A stretch of DNA of 47,848 bases from Candidatus Eiseniibacteriota bacterium (GTDB lineage: Bacteria > Eisenbacteria > RBG-16-71-46), in assembly GCA_038231135.1 (NCBI GenBank), contig JBBRLX010000033.1, positions 1 to 47,848 on the forward strand, written 5' to 3'. Of the stretch, positions 17,501 to 29,670 are shown one piece after another. Below the pieces are notes generated by a model. The model saw nothing but the letters and a program-made list of their open reading frames with translations, did no database searches and was not told the DNA's origin. Each line of letters starts with the position of its first letter. Position 1 is the stretch's first letter. Made by a program: the position numbers and the translations under genes.

Positions 17501-18349
17501 ATGCGCTGGCAGGGGGAACGCGAGAGCGACAACGTCGAGGACCGCCGCGGCATGGGGGGCGGCCGGATCGTCCTGGGTGGGGGCGCGGGGCTGGTGGTCG
17601 TCATCCTCGCGCTGCTGTTCGGCGTCGACCCGCGCGCGCTGCTGAACCAGACGCGGCTGGACACGTCGGCGCCGGTTGCGGGCAGCCAGTCCGCAAAGCC
17701 GGCGGACGACGCCGGCCGTAGGTTCGTGGCGGTGGTGCTCGCCGAGACCGAGGACGTTTGGCACCGCCAGTTCCAGGCGCTGGGCAAGGAGTACACCGAG
17801 CCCACGCTCGTGCTGTTCACGGACGGCGTCGAGTCCGCCTGCGGCCTGTCGAGCGCCGCGACCGGGCCGTTCTACTGCCCGGAGGACGACAAGGTCTATC
17901 TCGATCTCGGGTTCTTCGACCTGATGCGCGAACGGTTCCACTCGCCGGGCGAGTTCGCGGAGGCCTATGTGATCGCCCACGAGGTGGGCCATCACGTTCA
18001 GGATCTGCTCGGCATCACGGATCGCGTGTACGGGATGCGCGGCCGCGTGAGCGAAGCGGAGTACAACCAGCTGTCGGTGCGGCTCGAACTGCAGGCCGAT
18101 TTCCTCGCCGGCGTGTGGGCGCACGACACCCAGCGCATGAAGCAGGTGATCGAGGCGGGCGACATCGAAGCTGCCCTGAACGCGGCGAGCGCGATCGGCG
18201 ACGACAAGATCCAGATGGAGTCCCAAGGCTATGTGGTGCCCGACGCGTTCACGCACGGCACCTCCGCGCAGCGCGTGCGCTGGTTCCGCAAGGGCTACGA
18301 GACGGGCGACATCCGCCAGGGCGACACGTTCGCGGCGGCGACGCTGTAG
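17501..18349 (+). CDS. Neutral zinc metallopeptidase (YpfJ-like)
   Basis: SDNVEDRRG, GPFYCP, AHEVGHHVQ, ELQAD, FTHGTSAQR. Confidence 0.92.
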   Translation: MRWQGERESDNVEDRRGMGGGRIVLGGGAGLVVVILALLFGVDPRALLNQTRLDTSAPVAGSQSAKPADDAGRRFVAVVLAETEDVWHRQFQALGKEYTEPTLVLFTDGVESACGLSSAATGPFYCPEDDKVYLDLGFFDLMRERFHSPGEFAEAYVIAHEVGHHVQDLLGITDRVYGMRGRVSEAEYNQLSVRLELQADFLAGVWAHDTQRMKQVIEAGDIEAALNAASAIGDDKIQMESQGYVVPDAFTHGTSAQRVRWFRKGYETGDIRQGDTFAAATL

Positions 18350-18397
18350 CCGAATACAGCCCGAGATCCACTGGATGCACCATGCGCATCCTAACGA

Positions 18398-18431
18398 ACG
18401 GCGCCCCGGATCGAGCAATCCGGGGCGCCGT
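18398..18431. terminator. 14-bp hairpin between convergent genes
   Basis: ACGGCGCCCCGGAT / ATCCGGGGCGCCGT. Confidence 0.65.
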
Positions 18432-18458
18432 CGTGTGTTCCGTTGCGAGGTCCGCCGC

Positions 18459-21200
18459 CTAGTTCTGCCCTTCCGCTCCCACCGCCGCTCCGCCGCCCGG
18501 ACCGCCCGCGCGCGCGGGATCGGCCGAACGCTGCGCTTCCATCGCGCGCTTGATGCGGGCGCGCGATTCGAGCAGATGGGCACGCGTGTAGTCGCCAAGC
18601 GGCGCCTTGCCGGCGAGCGCCTGCGCGGCGCGGGCGTCGATGCGCGCCAGTTGCAGGCGCGCCAGCGCCCGCGCGTCATCCGGAGTGCCCGGGGCCGGCG
18701 TCACCATGATCGTGGCGAGCCGGTCCACGTACGCACGCTGCAGCTCGCGGCGGGTGCTCGGGCCTTCGAGCGCCTTCATGCCGCCCGGCGTGATGCCGCC
18801 GACCTCGCCCCACAGCGAGCGCGTGAGCTTGTCGAACAGCTCCGACATGCGGAACTGCTCGGGCCCCAGCGCCTCGGCCTGGCGCAGCCGCGCCAGCAGC
18901 GCCGGCGCCGTCAGCGCGTTCACCAGCCCGTTCTGCATGCCGAACGCCCTGTTGTTGATATCGTAGTCGAGCCGGTTGCCGCCGAACGCGTTGCCCATGC
19001 CCCAGTGCGCCCAGCGTTCCGGCGCCAGCCGGTTCAGCAGGGACGGCGGCATCTTGAACGCGTCCGCCGCGAACGCGCTGCGCGACAGGAAGTCCAGCGC
19101 CTCGCGCTGCTTCACCGCCGGCACCGGCTCGAACGGCTCGAGGTTCTGGCCCCGGTGGACGCGGTTGTTGTACTCGCCGCCCACGTACTTCACCGCGAGC
19201 CCGAGGTTGATCGCGTACTGCCCGAGCAGATCGTCGAGCGCGTTGCGCAGCGTCGTGTAGGAGCCGTCGGACCCGACGATGCGCTCCTCGAACTTGGGGC
19301 TCTTCCACAGGCTCGCGACGTACGCCGAGCGATCCTCCGCGAACTTGAGCGGATCGTTGCCCAGGTCCCAGATGTTCGTGCGCGGATCGAGCGCGTCGGC
19401 GGGATACGTGTCCTCGTCCGTCGAGTACTCGTGCCCCGGCAGCGTCGATTCGTCGGCGATCTTCCGCGCGAACACACCGTCGGCATCCACGTCCTTCGAA
19501 CCGGACGGCGTGTAGCCGTAGCGGATCATCCACAAGTCGCCGTCGCCCGGGGCGCCCGCGTAGTACTCGCCCTGCTTGCCGTGACCGGTGGCGATGTTCG
19601 GCGTGGCGTAGTCCATCACCGACGATTCGAGGCCGTGCTGCTCGGTCCATTCGCGATCCTGCAGCTTGTCGTACGGCGTCGACGTGCTGGACCGGAAGTT
19701 GTGGCGCAGGCCGAGCGTGTGACCGACCTCGTGCAGCGTCACGTGACGCAGCATCTCGCCGACGTAGGCCTCGGACAGCGGCGTGCCCGCCGGCACCGTG
19801 CCGTCGACGAGCATGCCGATCTGGGCGAGCGCCGAGCCCTCGGCGATCCCCATCGGCGCGTCGCAGCGGTACTGCTGCGGGATGAACGACGGCCACTTCT
19901 GCTGCGACGGCGTGATCAGGTCCGCGATCGGGTCCGAGCTCAGGCGGCGGAACACCTGCAGGCGGCGCTGCACGATCGAGCCCTCGATCAGGATGTCCGC
20001 GTCGAGGATCTCACCCGTGCGCGGGTCCACGCGCGACGGTCCGATCGCGCCAAACGACGGCTCGGACGACACGATCCAGCGCACCGTGCTGTAGCGCACG
20101 TCCTCCGGGTCGAAGTTGGGATCGTCCGGCGCGTCCTTGACGATCAGGGCATTCTTGAAGCCAGCGGCTTCGAACGCCTTGTTCCAGCCCTCGAGTCCCT
20201 GGCGGATGAACGGGCGGTATTTCCACGGGATCGTGTTGTCGAGGTAGTAGACGATCGGTTTCACCGGCTCGGACAGCGCGGCGGTCGGATCCTTCTTCTC
20301 GAGCCGCCAGCGATTCACGTACCGGCGCCAGTAGTTGTCCTCGGTGTCGCGATCGAAGTCCTTGACGGCGGTGAGGAAGTACCCGGTGCGTTCGTCGGCG
20401 AGCCGCGGGGTCATCGGGACCTCGGGCAGCTTCGAGAACGAATAGTGCACGGTCACCGGGACGTAGCGATCGTCGGGAACGGTGTTGAGCGTGTAGTTGG
20501 TGCGATCGGTCGGCGAGTAGGTGAGCATCGCCTCGATCTCGGTGTTGTCGGGGAAGTCCTTCAGCTTGCCGAGCGCCGAGCGGTCCTTGTCGAAGCGCAT
20601 CGTCTTGCCGGTGGCGCCGCGCAGCCCCTCGGCGAGATCGGTGAGGTCGCTCACCAGGAACGGCGCGAGGTCGACGAGCACGGCCTTGCTCGAATCCTGA
20701 ATGCTTTCGACCTTGAGCGACGCCAGCACCGAGTTGCCGTACGACAGGTCGCGCGCGCGGGTGAACGCGCTGTCGCCGCCGGCCGTGAATCGGGTGTTCT
20801 GCTCGAGGATCAGCACGTGGTCGCCGGCGCGCTGGAACGTGAGCAGGTGGTCGCCGAGCGGCAGGCCGCCGAGCACGAAGTTCGAGCCGATGCCCTTCGC
20901 CAGGCTGAAGATCCCGAGCACGGGCTTGTCGAGCTGCTCGGGCCGCAGTTCGAGGTACAGGTTCTCGCGCTTCTTATAGAGCGTGAAGTAGCCCTTCGAG
21001 ACCTCGGCGTCCTTCGTGAGCTTCTTCCAGTCGCCATACGGCTTGTCGGGGGCGCCGGCGTCACCGCCCGGAGCGCCCGACGTGGCGCCCTTTGCCGGGG
21101 CCTTCTTGTCGTCCTTCTTGTCCGCGACGGCCTGTGTCGAAACGGCAACCACCCCCAGCAGGGCGATGGCGAGCGCGCGACGCCACTCGAGACGCAACAT
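18459..21200 (-). CDS. Secreted metzincin metalloprotease (EcxA-like, DUF5117/DUF4953 type)
   Basis: Signal peptide; RWRLEKKDP, DPRTGEILDAD, HEVGHTLGLRHNF zinc motif, SVMDY Met-turn. Confidence 0.9.
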   Translation of the reverse strand: MLRLEWRRALAIALLGVVAVSTQAVADKKDDKKAPAKGATSGAPGGDAGAPDKPYGDWKKLTKDAEVSKGYFTLYKKRENLYLELRPEQLDKPVLGIFSLAKGIGSNFVLGGLPLGDHLLTFQRAGDHVLILEQNTRFTAGGDSAFTRARDLSYGNSVLASLKVESIQDSSKAVLVDLAPFLVSDLTDLAEGLRGATGKTMRFDKDRSALGKLKDFPDNTEIEAMLTYSPTDRTNYTLNTVPDDRYVPVTVHYSFSKLPEVPMTPRLADERTGYFLTAVKDFDRDTEDNYWRRYVNRWRLEKKDPTAALSEPVKPIVYYLDNTIPWKYRPFIRQGLEGWNKAFEAAGFKNALIVKDAPDDPNFDPEDVRYSTVRWIVSSEPSFGAIGPSRVDPRTGEILDADILIEGSIVQRRLQVFRRLSSDPIADLITPSQQKWPSFIPQQYRCDAPMGIAEGSALAQIGMLVDGTVPAGTPLSEAYVGEMLRHVTLHEVGHTLGLRHNFRSSTSTPYDKLQDREWTEQHGLESSVMDYATPNIATGHGKQGEYYAGAPGDGDLWMIRYGYTPSGSKDVDADGVFARKIADESTLPGHEYSTDEDTYPADALDPRTNIWDLGNDPLKFAEDRSAYVASLWKSPKFEERIVGSDGSYTTLRNALDDLLGQYAINLGLAVKYVGGEYNNRVHRGQNLEPFEPVPAVKQREALDFLSRSAFAADAFKMPPSLLNRLAPERWAHWGMGNAFGGNRLDYDINNRAFGMQNGLVNALTAPALLARLRQAEALGPEQFRMSELFDKLTRSLWGEVGGITPGGMKALEGPSTRRELQRAYVDRLATIMVTPAPGTPDDARALARLQLARIDARAAQALAGKAPLGDYTRAHLLESRARIKRAMEAQRSADPARAGGPGGGAAVGAEGQN

Positions 21201-21493
21201 ATTCACTCTCCTTGCTACGGGACCTCGGCATGCTCCGTCGTCCGGCAACGGTCGGGACGGTGGCACCTCGAAACACGACAGGACGGCGGCAGAGGCTGTA
21301 AAGCTAGGGACCGGAGCGGTCCGTGGGCGAGGGGCCTGTGACCGGCGCGGTATTTCTCCGGACGGAAGGGTCAAATCCGCTTCGTTACAACCTTTATCGT
21401 CCTGCCGCTGTCTGACCGGGTGGATCGCTGAGGCTACAGTACCGCAGCCTCTGCGGCGCCCGAAAGAGTGAACGTTCCCGGCCGGAGGGTTTC

Positions 21494-22243
21494 ATGAACC
21501 GAGTTCAACGCAACCCGTTCGCCGGCGCGGCGCTGCTTGCCGCCGCCGCACTGCTCGCCCCCCTGGCCGCCCGCGCCGGCGAGCATGTTCATCAACACGA
21601 CAGCTACACCGGCTACGTCTCCGACGACGATCGCGACGGGTTCAGCTACGGCATCGTCGAACCGGGCGGCCATTCGTTCTCGGTGATGACCAACTTCGAC
21701 GACTGGCAGCAGCTGAAGGAGTCGTTGCAGGGGTCGGCCACCCCGGTGTTCTGGTTCCGCCTGGACGGCGACGCCTACGTCGTGCGCGATCACGACTACG
21801 TCGCGCGCGCGCGCGACATCACGCGTCCCATGCGCGAGCTGGGGCAGAAGCAGGGCGAGTTGGGCCGCATTCAGGGCGAGCTGGGCCGCAATCAGGGCCG
21901 GATCGGCGCGCAGCAGGGCCGGCTGGGAGCGGAGCAGGGCGCGCTGGGTGCGCGGCTCGCGGCGATCAGCGTGCGGCTCGCGATGCGCTCGCGCAACGGC
22001 GACGATTCCGAGGACCTCGAGCGAGAGAAGGAACGCATCGAGCGCCGCATGGAGGCGCTGTCCGCGCGCCAGGAGGAACTCGCGAATCACCAGAACCCAT
22101 ACTCGGGCCGGCAGTCGGAACTGGGCGAGAAGCAGGCGGCGCTCGGCGAACAGCAGCGCAAGGTGTCCCGGAAGGCCGCCGCCGAGCTCCGCAGGCTCGC
22201 CGAGGACGCGATCCGTGACCGCGTGGCGGAGCGGCTGGAGTAA
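21494..22243 (+). CDS. Secreted coiled-coil protein with QGxLG heptad repeats
   Basis: Signal peptide (ARA); WFRLDGDAYV domain followed by QGELGRI-QGELGRN-QGRIGAQ-QGRLGAE-QGALGAR. Confidence 0.75.
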   Translation: MNRVQRNPFAGAALLAAAALLAPLAARAGEHVHQHDSYTGYVSDDDRDGFSYGIVEPGGHSFSVMTNFDDWQQLKESLQGSATPVFWFRLDGDAYVVRDHDYVARARDITRPMRELGQKQGELGRIQGELGRNQGRIGAQQGRLGAEQGALGARLAAISVRLAMRSRNGDDSEDLEREKERIERRMEALSARQEELANHQNPYSGRQSELGEKQAALGEQQRKVSRKAAAELRRLAEDAIRDRVAERLE

Positions 22244-22256
22244 CGGCAAATCAACA

Positions 22257-22288
22257 GGACGGGTGGCAGCTTGCGCCGCCACCCGTCC
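22257..22288. terminator. Hairpin terminator downstream of groEL / convergent gene
   Basis: GGACGGGTGGC / GCCACCCGTCC. Confidence 0.6.
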
Positions 22289-22338
22289 GTAATTTTCCGC
22301 CCCGGAGGATCCGTCCCCCGAAGCGTTACAGCAACGGC

Positions 22339-24334
<1,996 letters not shown>

Positions 24335-24540
24335 GACTACCTCCTGAGTGGTTGGCTCCCGTGGAGCCGTGATGATGGTGATGGGGTCTGTCGATCGCAT
24401 TCGCATCGGGCGGGGGCGGACCCATGTTTCCCGCGGTCTCGGAGGCTGATCCGCACGCGACCGCGGCGGCGCCTCACCTTCGAGAATTCCTCGCCGAGCG
24501 GCGAGGGTCACGGCCGTTTTGCCCAAATGGCACTGCTTGA

Positions 24541-24567
24541 TTGGCAATCTAATGCACATCGCGCCAG
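24541..24567. promoter_or_regulatory. Degenerate CIRCE-like (HrcA) operator upstream of groESL
   Basis: TTGGCAATC-N9-TCGCGCCAG versus TTAGCACTC-N9-GAGTGCTAA; left arm good, right arm weak. Confidence 0.35.
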
Positions 24568-24858
24568 CCCGCAACGGTGGGCGGCTCGAAATGCCACAAG
24601 AGTTTGCAAAGATGTACGGCGAGGTAAGCGGTGCTCCGATGAGCACGCGTAACCTATTGAAAACACATACGTTCGTTCCTTGGGGCGGAGTTCGCTAGTT
24701 TTGCCGGAAGCCCTCCGGTGAGGACTGTGTCCCGTCCGAGAGCCGTTGGGAAGGGGGCCTGCCAGCAGCCGGGGACCGACCTGAGGGGCGGTATTCCGCC
24801 GGGGAGGCGGCGTTCTGGAACCACGACTGGCCCGCGGCGAGTCGGTGGTGACCGGAGG

Positions 24859-25938
24859 CTAGTTGGTAGCCGGAGGCTGGTCTTTGTTTTCGAACACTGC
24901 CGCGCGGGGCTCGCCGTCGAGATAGCCGGTGCTGACGGTGCCGAACAGCTTGATGTGGCTGCGTTCGACCGGCGTGCGGGTCAGGGTATAGACAGCGAGA
25001 CTGTCGCGGCCGTCATGCAGGTAGAACAGGTACCCGCCTCCGAGCATGAACGTCTGTCCCACCACGCCGCGCACGTGCACGACCCGCCCGTCCAGCGTGC
25101 GCGCGTTGGCGCACACCGTGCGCACGGCATCGAAATGCTCCCGCGGCGAGAATGCGATGATCGCGCCGATCGCGGCGACGACCAGGCCGCCGGCCACGAA
25201 CCACGCGAACCGCGGGACGATCGCCACGAAGCGGCCGAGTTGCGCCAGCGCCTTCTCGATCGCCTCGGACATCGGGCTCTGCACCGGCCGCGCGACCGGT
25301 CGCGGGCTGCGCGGCGCGAGGCCGCCGCCCGACAGGCGTCCCGAATGCAGCGGCTCTTCCTCGTCCGGGTCGACGAACTCCTGCGCGGACGCGGCGATCT
25401 CCGCATCTCCGGCGGCGCGCGTGCGGGCCATACGGAGCTGCGGGATGCTGCTGGCCGCAGCGCTCCAGGCCACCAGCGGCTTGTCCTGCGGAACGGCCGC
25501 CGCCGGCTGATCCGCGGCGGCAGGCAACGGCACTTGAACATCGATCTGCGTGACGCGCTCGACCGGGGGGGCGAATGGTTTCGCGGCCTGGATGGTTTCC
25601 CGCTTCGGTTCCGGTGCGTCCGCGCGAACGGGATCGACGGTCCGGACCTCGGAGCCCACCAATCCTTCGATCTTCCCGTCGGACGGTGGTGGTGACGGCT
25701 GGCGCAGCACGAATTTGTTTGCCGCGGGCGGCCGGCTCGCCGGCAGGCCCGCTACGTCATCCTCCATCCCCAGCAACCAGTCCGGTCGTTCCCCGGTGCC
25801 GGCAGCGTCGGCCGCGGAGTCGGTGGATTCGTGCGAGGATTCGTCGGGTGCGGGAAGCGTCATGGTCGGGCCGCCGATGGAGGAAGCGAATGGCGTATCC
25901 CCGAAGTTATCGACCCCGCCGGGACGCCCCTTGAGCAT
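24859..25938 (-). CDS. Hypothetical membrane protein: low-complexity N-terminus, one TM helix, small OB-fold-like C-terminal domain
   Basis: Pro/Ala-rich region, hydrophobic [20 protein letters not shown], then [10 protein letters not shown]...FYLHDG. Start uncertain (25938 or 25863). Confidence 0.65.
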   Translation of the reverse strand: MLKGRPGGVDNFGDTPFASSIGGPTMTLPAPDESSHESTDSAADAAGTGERPDWLLGMEDDVAGLPASRPPAANKFVLRQPSPPPSDGKIEGLVGSEVRTVDPVRADAPEPKRETIQAAKPFAPPVERVTQIDVQVPLPAAADQPAAAVPQDKPLVAWSAAASSIPQLRMARTRAAGDAEIAASAQEFVDPDEEEPLHSGRLSGGGLAPRSPRPVARPVQSPMSEAIEKALAQLGRFVAIVPRFAWFVAGGLVVAAIGAIIAFSPREHFDAVRTVCANARTLDGRVVHVRGVVGQTFMLGGGYLFYLHDGRDSLAVYTLTRTPVERSHIKLFGTVSTGYLDGEPRAAVFENKDQPPATN

Positions 25939-26047
25939 CGGAACTTCCCGCCGATTTCGGCCACCAGGAGACCCGGGCATTCGAGGGCAGCCTCCGCTCG
26001 AACTCCCTGCGGAACCGGGGTTCGCAGCCCCCCCTCGCGCTGCGGCC

Positions 26048-27403
26048 CTATTCGTCGCCCGGCAGCCCGTACTCCTTGATCTTCCGGTACAGCGTCCGGA
26101 GCCCGATCCCCAGCATCGCCGCCGCGCGGCGTTTGTCGTGGCCCGTGTGCAGCAGCGTCGCCGAGATCAATGCGCGCTCGGCCGCCGCCACGGTCATGCC
26201 GACCGTGATCTGCGGTGCGTCCGCGGCGCCGGCGGCCTCGCGCAGCCCGGGCGGCAGGTCCGATACATCCAGCGCCCGTGCGCCATCGGCAGCCGCCACC
26301 ATGCGCTCGACGACGTTCTTGAGCTCCCGCACGTTGCCCGGCCAGTCATGCCCGGTGAGCCGCTCGAGCGCGCCGCGCGTGACGCCGGTCACGCGGCGGC
26401 GGTGCGCCCGATTGAATTCGGCGACGAACGAGTCGACCAGCGCGGGAATGTCCTCGCGGCGATCGCGCAACGCCGGCATGCGAATGCGCGCGACGCCGAG
26501 CCGCTGCAGGAGATCGGCGCGGAACTCACCCGTCGCGGCCGCGAGGTCGCGCTGGGTGGCGGCCAGCAGCCGCACGTCGACCTTCAGCGTCTCGCCGCCG
26601 CCGCCGCGCTCGAACGCCCGCTCCTGGATGACCCGCAGCAGCTTCACCTGCGCTGTGGGCGGCAGCTCGCCCACGTCGTCGAGGAACAGCGTGCCCCCCT
26701 CGGCGGCCTCGAACGCCCCCTGCCCTCCCGCCTGCGGCGTGCCGTGTTCGTGACCGAACAGCTCGTGCTCGATCACATCGGGCGCGAGCGCGCCGCAGCT
26801 CACCGCCACGAATCGCCGGTCGCGTCGCGGGCTGTGCCGGTGGATCGCCTGGGCGAGCAGGCCCTTGCCGGTCCCGGCTTCGCCTTCGATCAGGATCGTC
26901 GCGCGCGTGCTCGCGAGGATCCGCACCTGTTCCATCGCCCGCTGGATCGCGCGCGAGCGGCCGGTGAGCCGGTCGAGCGCGAGCCGCTCGTCGAGCTGGC
27001 CCTCCAGCTCGGCAGCGCGCGCCACCAGCGTCTGCTGCGCGAGGCCGCGGCGGAGCACGACGAGGAGCTTGTCCAGGTTCACCGGCCGCACCTGGAAGTC
27101 CGCGGCGCCCTGGCGCATGGCGTCGACCGCCATCTCGGCGCCGGCGGCATCGGTGATCAGCACCGCGCACAGCTCGGGACGGCGCTCGAGCGCGCGGCGC
27201 AACAGCCCCAGGCCGTCGATGCGTGGCGCCCGCAATCCGGCGACGAGGGCGTCGACGGAGCGTGCGGCGATCACGTTGTGGGCGGCGTCGTCGTCGTGCG
27301 CGGCGATCGCCTCGAACTCGTGTGCGCGCAGGAACGCGACCATGGCGCGGACGTCGTCGCCTTCGCGGTCCGCCACCAGCACCACCGGCTTCGATCGCAG
27401 CAC
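26048..27403 (-). CDS. NtrC-family (receiver-AAA+-Fis HTH) regulator, degenerate
   Basis: [40 protein letters not shown] and the phospho-acceptor Asp are missing. Confidence 0.9.
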   Translation of the reverse strand: MLRSKPVVLVADREGDDVRAMVAFLRAHEFEAIAAHDDDAAHNVIAARSVDALVAGLRAPRIDGLGLLRRALERRPELCAVLITDAAGAEMAVDAMRQGAADFQVRPVNLDKLLVVLRRGLAQQTLVARAAELEGQLDERLALDRLTGRSRAIQRAMEQVRILASTRATILIEGEAGTGKGLLAQAIHRHSPRRDRRFVAVSCGALAPDVIEHELFGHEHGTPQAGGQGAFEAAEGGTLFLDDVGELPPTAQVKLLRVIQERAFERGGGGETLKVDVRLLAATQRDLAAATGEFRADLLQRLGVARIRMPALRDRREDIPALVDSFVAEFNRAHRRRVTGVTRGALERLTGHDWPGNVRELKNVVERMVAAADGARALDVSDLPPGLREAAGAADAPQITVGMTVAAAERALISATLLHTGHDKRRAAAMLGIGLRTLYRKIKEYGLPGDE

Positions 27404-27440
27404 GAACAGAACGCCCGCTCCGGCGCCGCGGAGCGCCGGG

Positions 27441-27926
27441 CTACGGCAGCGCGCGCACCGAACGCAGCGCGTCGAGCGCGCCTTCGGTGCTCGGGACGAG
27501 CGCGATGTCGCCGGGATTCGCGCTCACGTCCTTGTGGATCACGATGCCCGACTTGTCGATCACGAACAGCGCGCGGCCGCTGGTGGCGCGCGCGGCATCG
27601 AGCACCCCGTACGCGGTGCTGACCTCGCGCCGCCAGTCCGACAGCAGCGGGAACGACAATCCCAGCTTGCGCGCGAACGCCTCGTTCGCGTGGTGGCTGT
27701 CGACGCTGACGCCGAGGATCACGGCGTCGAGCTGGTCGAATCCCGGACGCTCCGCCTGCACGGTGGGCAGCTGATGCGTGCACACCGGCGAGAACGCGAG
27801 CGGGAAGAACACCAGCACGACGTTGTTGTGCCCGCGATAGTCGGACAGGCTGACCGGCTGGCCGCCGGGGCCTTTGAGCGTGAAGTCCGGCGCGAGCTGG
27901 CCGACTTCGACCGATGGTGTGGACAC
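27441..27926 (-). CDS. Peroxiredoxin, AhpC/TSA family (AhpE-like)
   Basis: APDFTL, FFPLAFSPVC, GVSVDS, FPLLSD, RALFVID; GTG start after GGAGG. Confidence 0.88.
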   Translation of the reverse strand: MSTPSVEVGQLAPDFTLKGPGGQPVSLSDYRGHNNVVLVFFPLAFSPVCTHQLPTVQAERPGFDQLDAVILGVSVDSHHANEAFARKLGLSFPLLSDWRREVSTAYGVLDAARATSGRALFVIDKSGIVIHKDVSANPGDIALVPSTEGALDALRSVRALP

Positions 27927-27952
27927 GGCGTCGCCTCCCATGGTTGCGCGGT

Positions 27953-28510
27953 TCAGTGGACCAGGGGGCGGGTGGCCGGCGTGGCGCCGTCCGGCGCGGC
28001 GGCGCCGGCCTTCGCCACGAAGTCGTCGAACGACACGCCGCGCTCGAGGTGCCCGTCGCCGACATACTGCAGCAGCAACAGGAACCGGTCGGCGGGAACG
28101 TACCCGGGAACGTTCACCATGTGCTCCCCGTTGGCCTTCAGGAAAATCGTGGTCGGGTATCCCGTCACCCGAAATCGCGCCGCGATCGTGCTCTCGGTAT
28201 AGGGCCGGTCCTCGTAGGTGACTGGGGTCGACGCCTCGGCGTCGAGCCTCACCGTGACGAAGCGCCGCGACAGGTAGGCGCGCACGTCGTCCCGCGCGTA
28301 CACGTCCTTGTCCATGCGGCGGCACCATCCGCACCAGTCGGTGTAGACGTCGACGAGCACCGGCCGGTGGGTCGCCGCGGCCGCTTTCAGCCCCGCGTCC
28401 CAGCCGACCCATTGCAACTCGCGGGAATCCCGGGCGCGCGACCGGGGTCCGGCTGCGGCCACCTGGGTCAGGAGCAGCAGTGCGGCGCACAATAGGATGG
28501 GCAGTTTCAC
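27953..28510 (-). CDS. Exported thioredoxin-fold protein (SoxW/DUF255-like)
   Basis: Signal peptide, YTDWCGWC active site, GYPT cis-Pro, VPGY. Confidence 0.88.
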   Translation of the reverse strand: MKLPILLCAALLLLTQVAAAGPRSRARDSRELQWVGWDAGLKAAAATHRPVLVDVYTDWCGWCRRMDKDVYARDDVRAYLSRRFVTVRLDAEASTPVTYEDRPYTESTIAARFRVTGYPTTIFLKANGEHMVNVPGYVPADRFLLLLQYVGDGHLERGVSFDDFVAKAGAAAPDGATPATRPLVH

Positions 28511-28670
28511 GGGAACCTCAGGGCGGGACCGGGCGGGAACTTGGCGTTCAGCTTATCACGCCCCGAAATCGGGGCTCAACGGAGTCCCTGCAAGCTTCGC
28601 GCCGCTCGGCGCGGGCCCCGGAACGTGTTCTCCGGGCCGCGGCCGGCCCCGGCCCACCGGGCCCCCATGT

Positions 28671-29501
28671 TCACGAATACACGGTGTGCCGCAACGTTTC
28701 CGCCGGGCGGGCGGGATCGAACCACACCCCGCAAAGGCGTGACGTTCCGAACTGGCCGGGGTTGACGACCGGGGTGGAACCGATGCGGTCGTGGTATGAC
28801 GACGACACCCGAGGCGACTCGTGAATATGGCCGCTCAGGACCACCGCCGGCTGCTGGCGTTCCACGAACGCCCGCAGTGCCCGCGAGCCCACGTGCAGGC
28901 CCGTGGAGGTCACATCGCAATGAGTGTCCCGCGGCGGCGAGTGGGACACCAGGACCGCGCCCCGCAGCGGCGTGGCCACCGCCAGCGCCTCGAGTGCGGC
29001 GGCGATCGTCGGTGTGCGGTGGCCGGGATCGAACGCGTGCGGCACCGGCGCGCCGTCCCGGCTGATCCAGCCGTCCAGCCGTCCCGGCGACTCGGCCTCG
29101 CCGTCCTCCCAGCGCTCCCAGTCCTTGAGCGCGAACGGGGTGATCGGCACCCAGGAGGATCCGGCGACGGTCACCCCCTCGTGCTCGACCACGCGTCCGT
29201 GCAGCGCCAGCCACAACGCGCCGTGCTGTTCCTCGAGGCAATCGCCGTTCGTCGCCCAGTCATCGTTACCCATCAGCAGCAGCAGCCGGGTGGCCGCGTT
29301 CGCCTCGGCCAGCCGTCGGGCGAATTCGACGAGGAATCCACGCAGGAACACCCGCTGGCGCTCGATCCCTTCGGGACCGGTGGCGTGCGGACCGAGGTCC
29401 CCGCCGATTACGATGGCACGCGGCCGGTGCGCGGCGCCGATCGCGAGCAATTGCTCGTAGAGCCAGCCCTGTCCATGCAGATCGGAAGTGAAGAACCACA
29501 T
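28671..29501 (-). CDS. Metallophosphoesterase (calcineurin-like)
   Basis: SDLHG, GGDL, GNDD, SHSPP, GHIHE. Confidence 0.88.
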   Translation of the reverse strand: MWFFTSDLHGQGWLYEQLLAIGAAHRPRAIVIGGDLGPHATGPEGIERQRVFLRGFLVEFARRLAEANAATRLLLLMGNDDWATNGDCLEEQHGALWLALHGRVVEHEGVTVAGSSWVPITPFALKDWERWEDGEAESPGRLDGWISRDGAPVPHAFDPGHRTPTIAAALEALAVATPLRGAVLVSHSPPRDTHCDVTSTGLHVGSRALRAFVERQQPAVVLSGHIHESPRVSSSYHDRIGSTPVVNPGQFGTSRLCGVWFDPARPAETLRHTVYS

Positions 29502-29670
29502 GTCGAAGGAGCGCCCCGGCCGTCAAGGTGATGTGAAAAGGCACTGTAGGGAGCGGCGCGGGCCGCCGCAACCGCGCGAAAGCACTTGCTCCAGCCGGCA
29601 ACGCTCCCGATACTTCAGTGTTCCGCACCCCCGCAGCCGCCGCCGAGATCGAATACCATCGAGGAACCTC

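Noticed and set aside
24526..24545. TGGCAC upstream of groES as a sigma54 promoter
   Set aside because: Wrong strand for groES and no -12 GC at the correct spacing.
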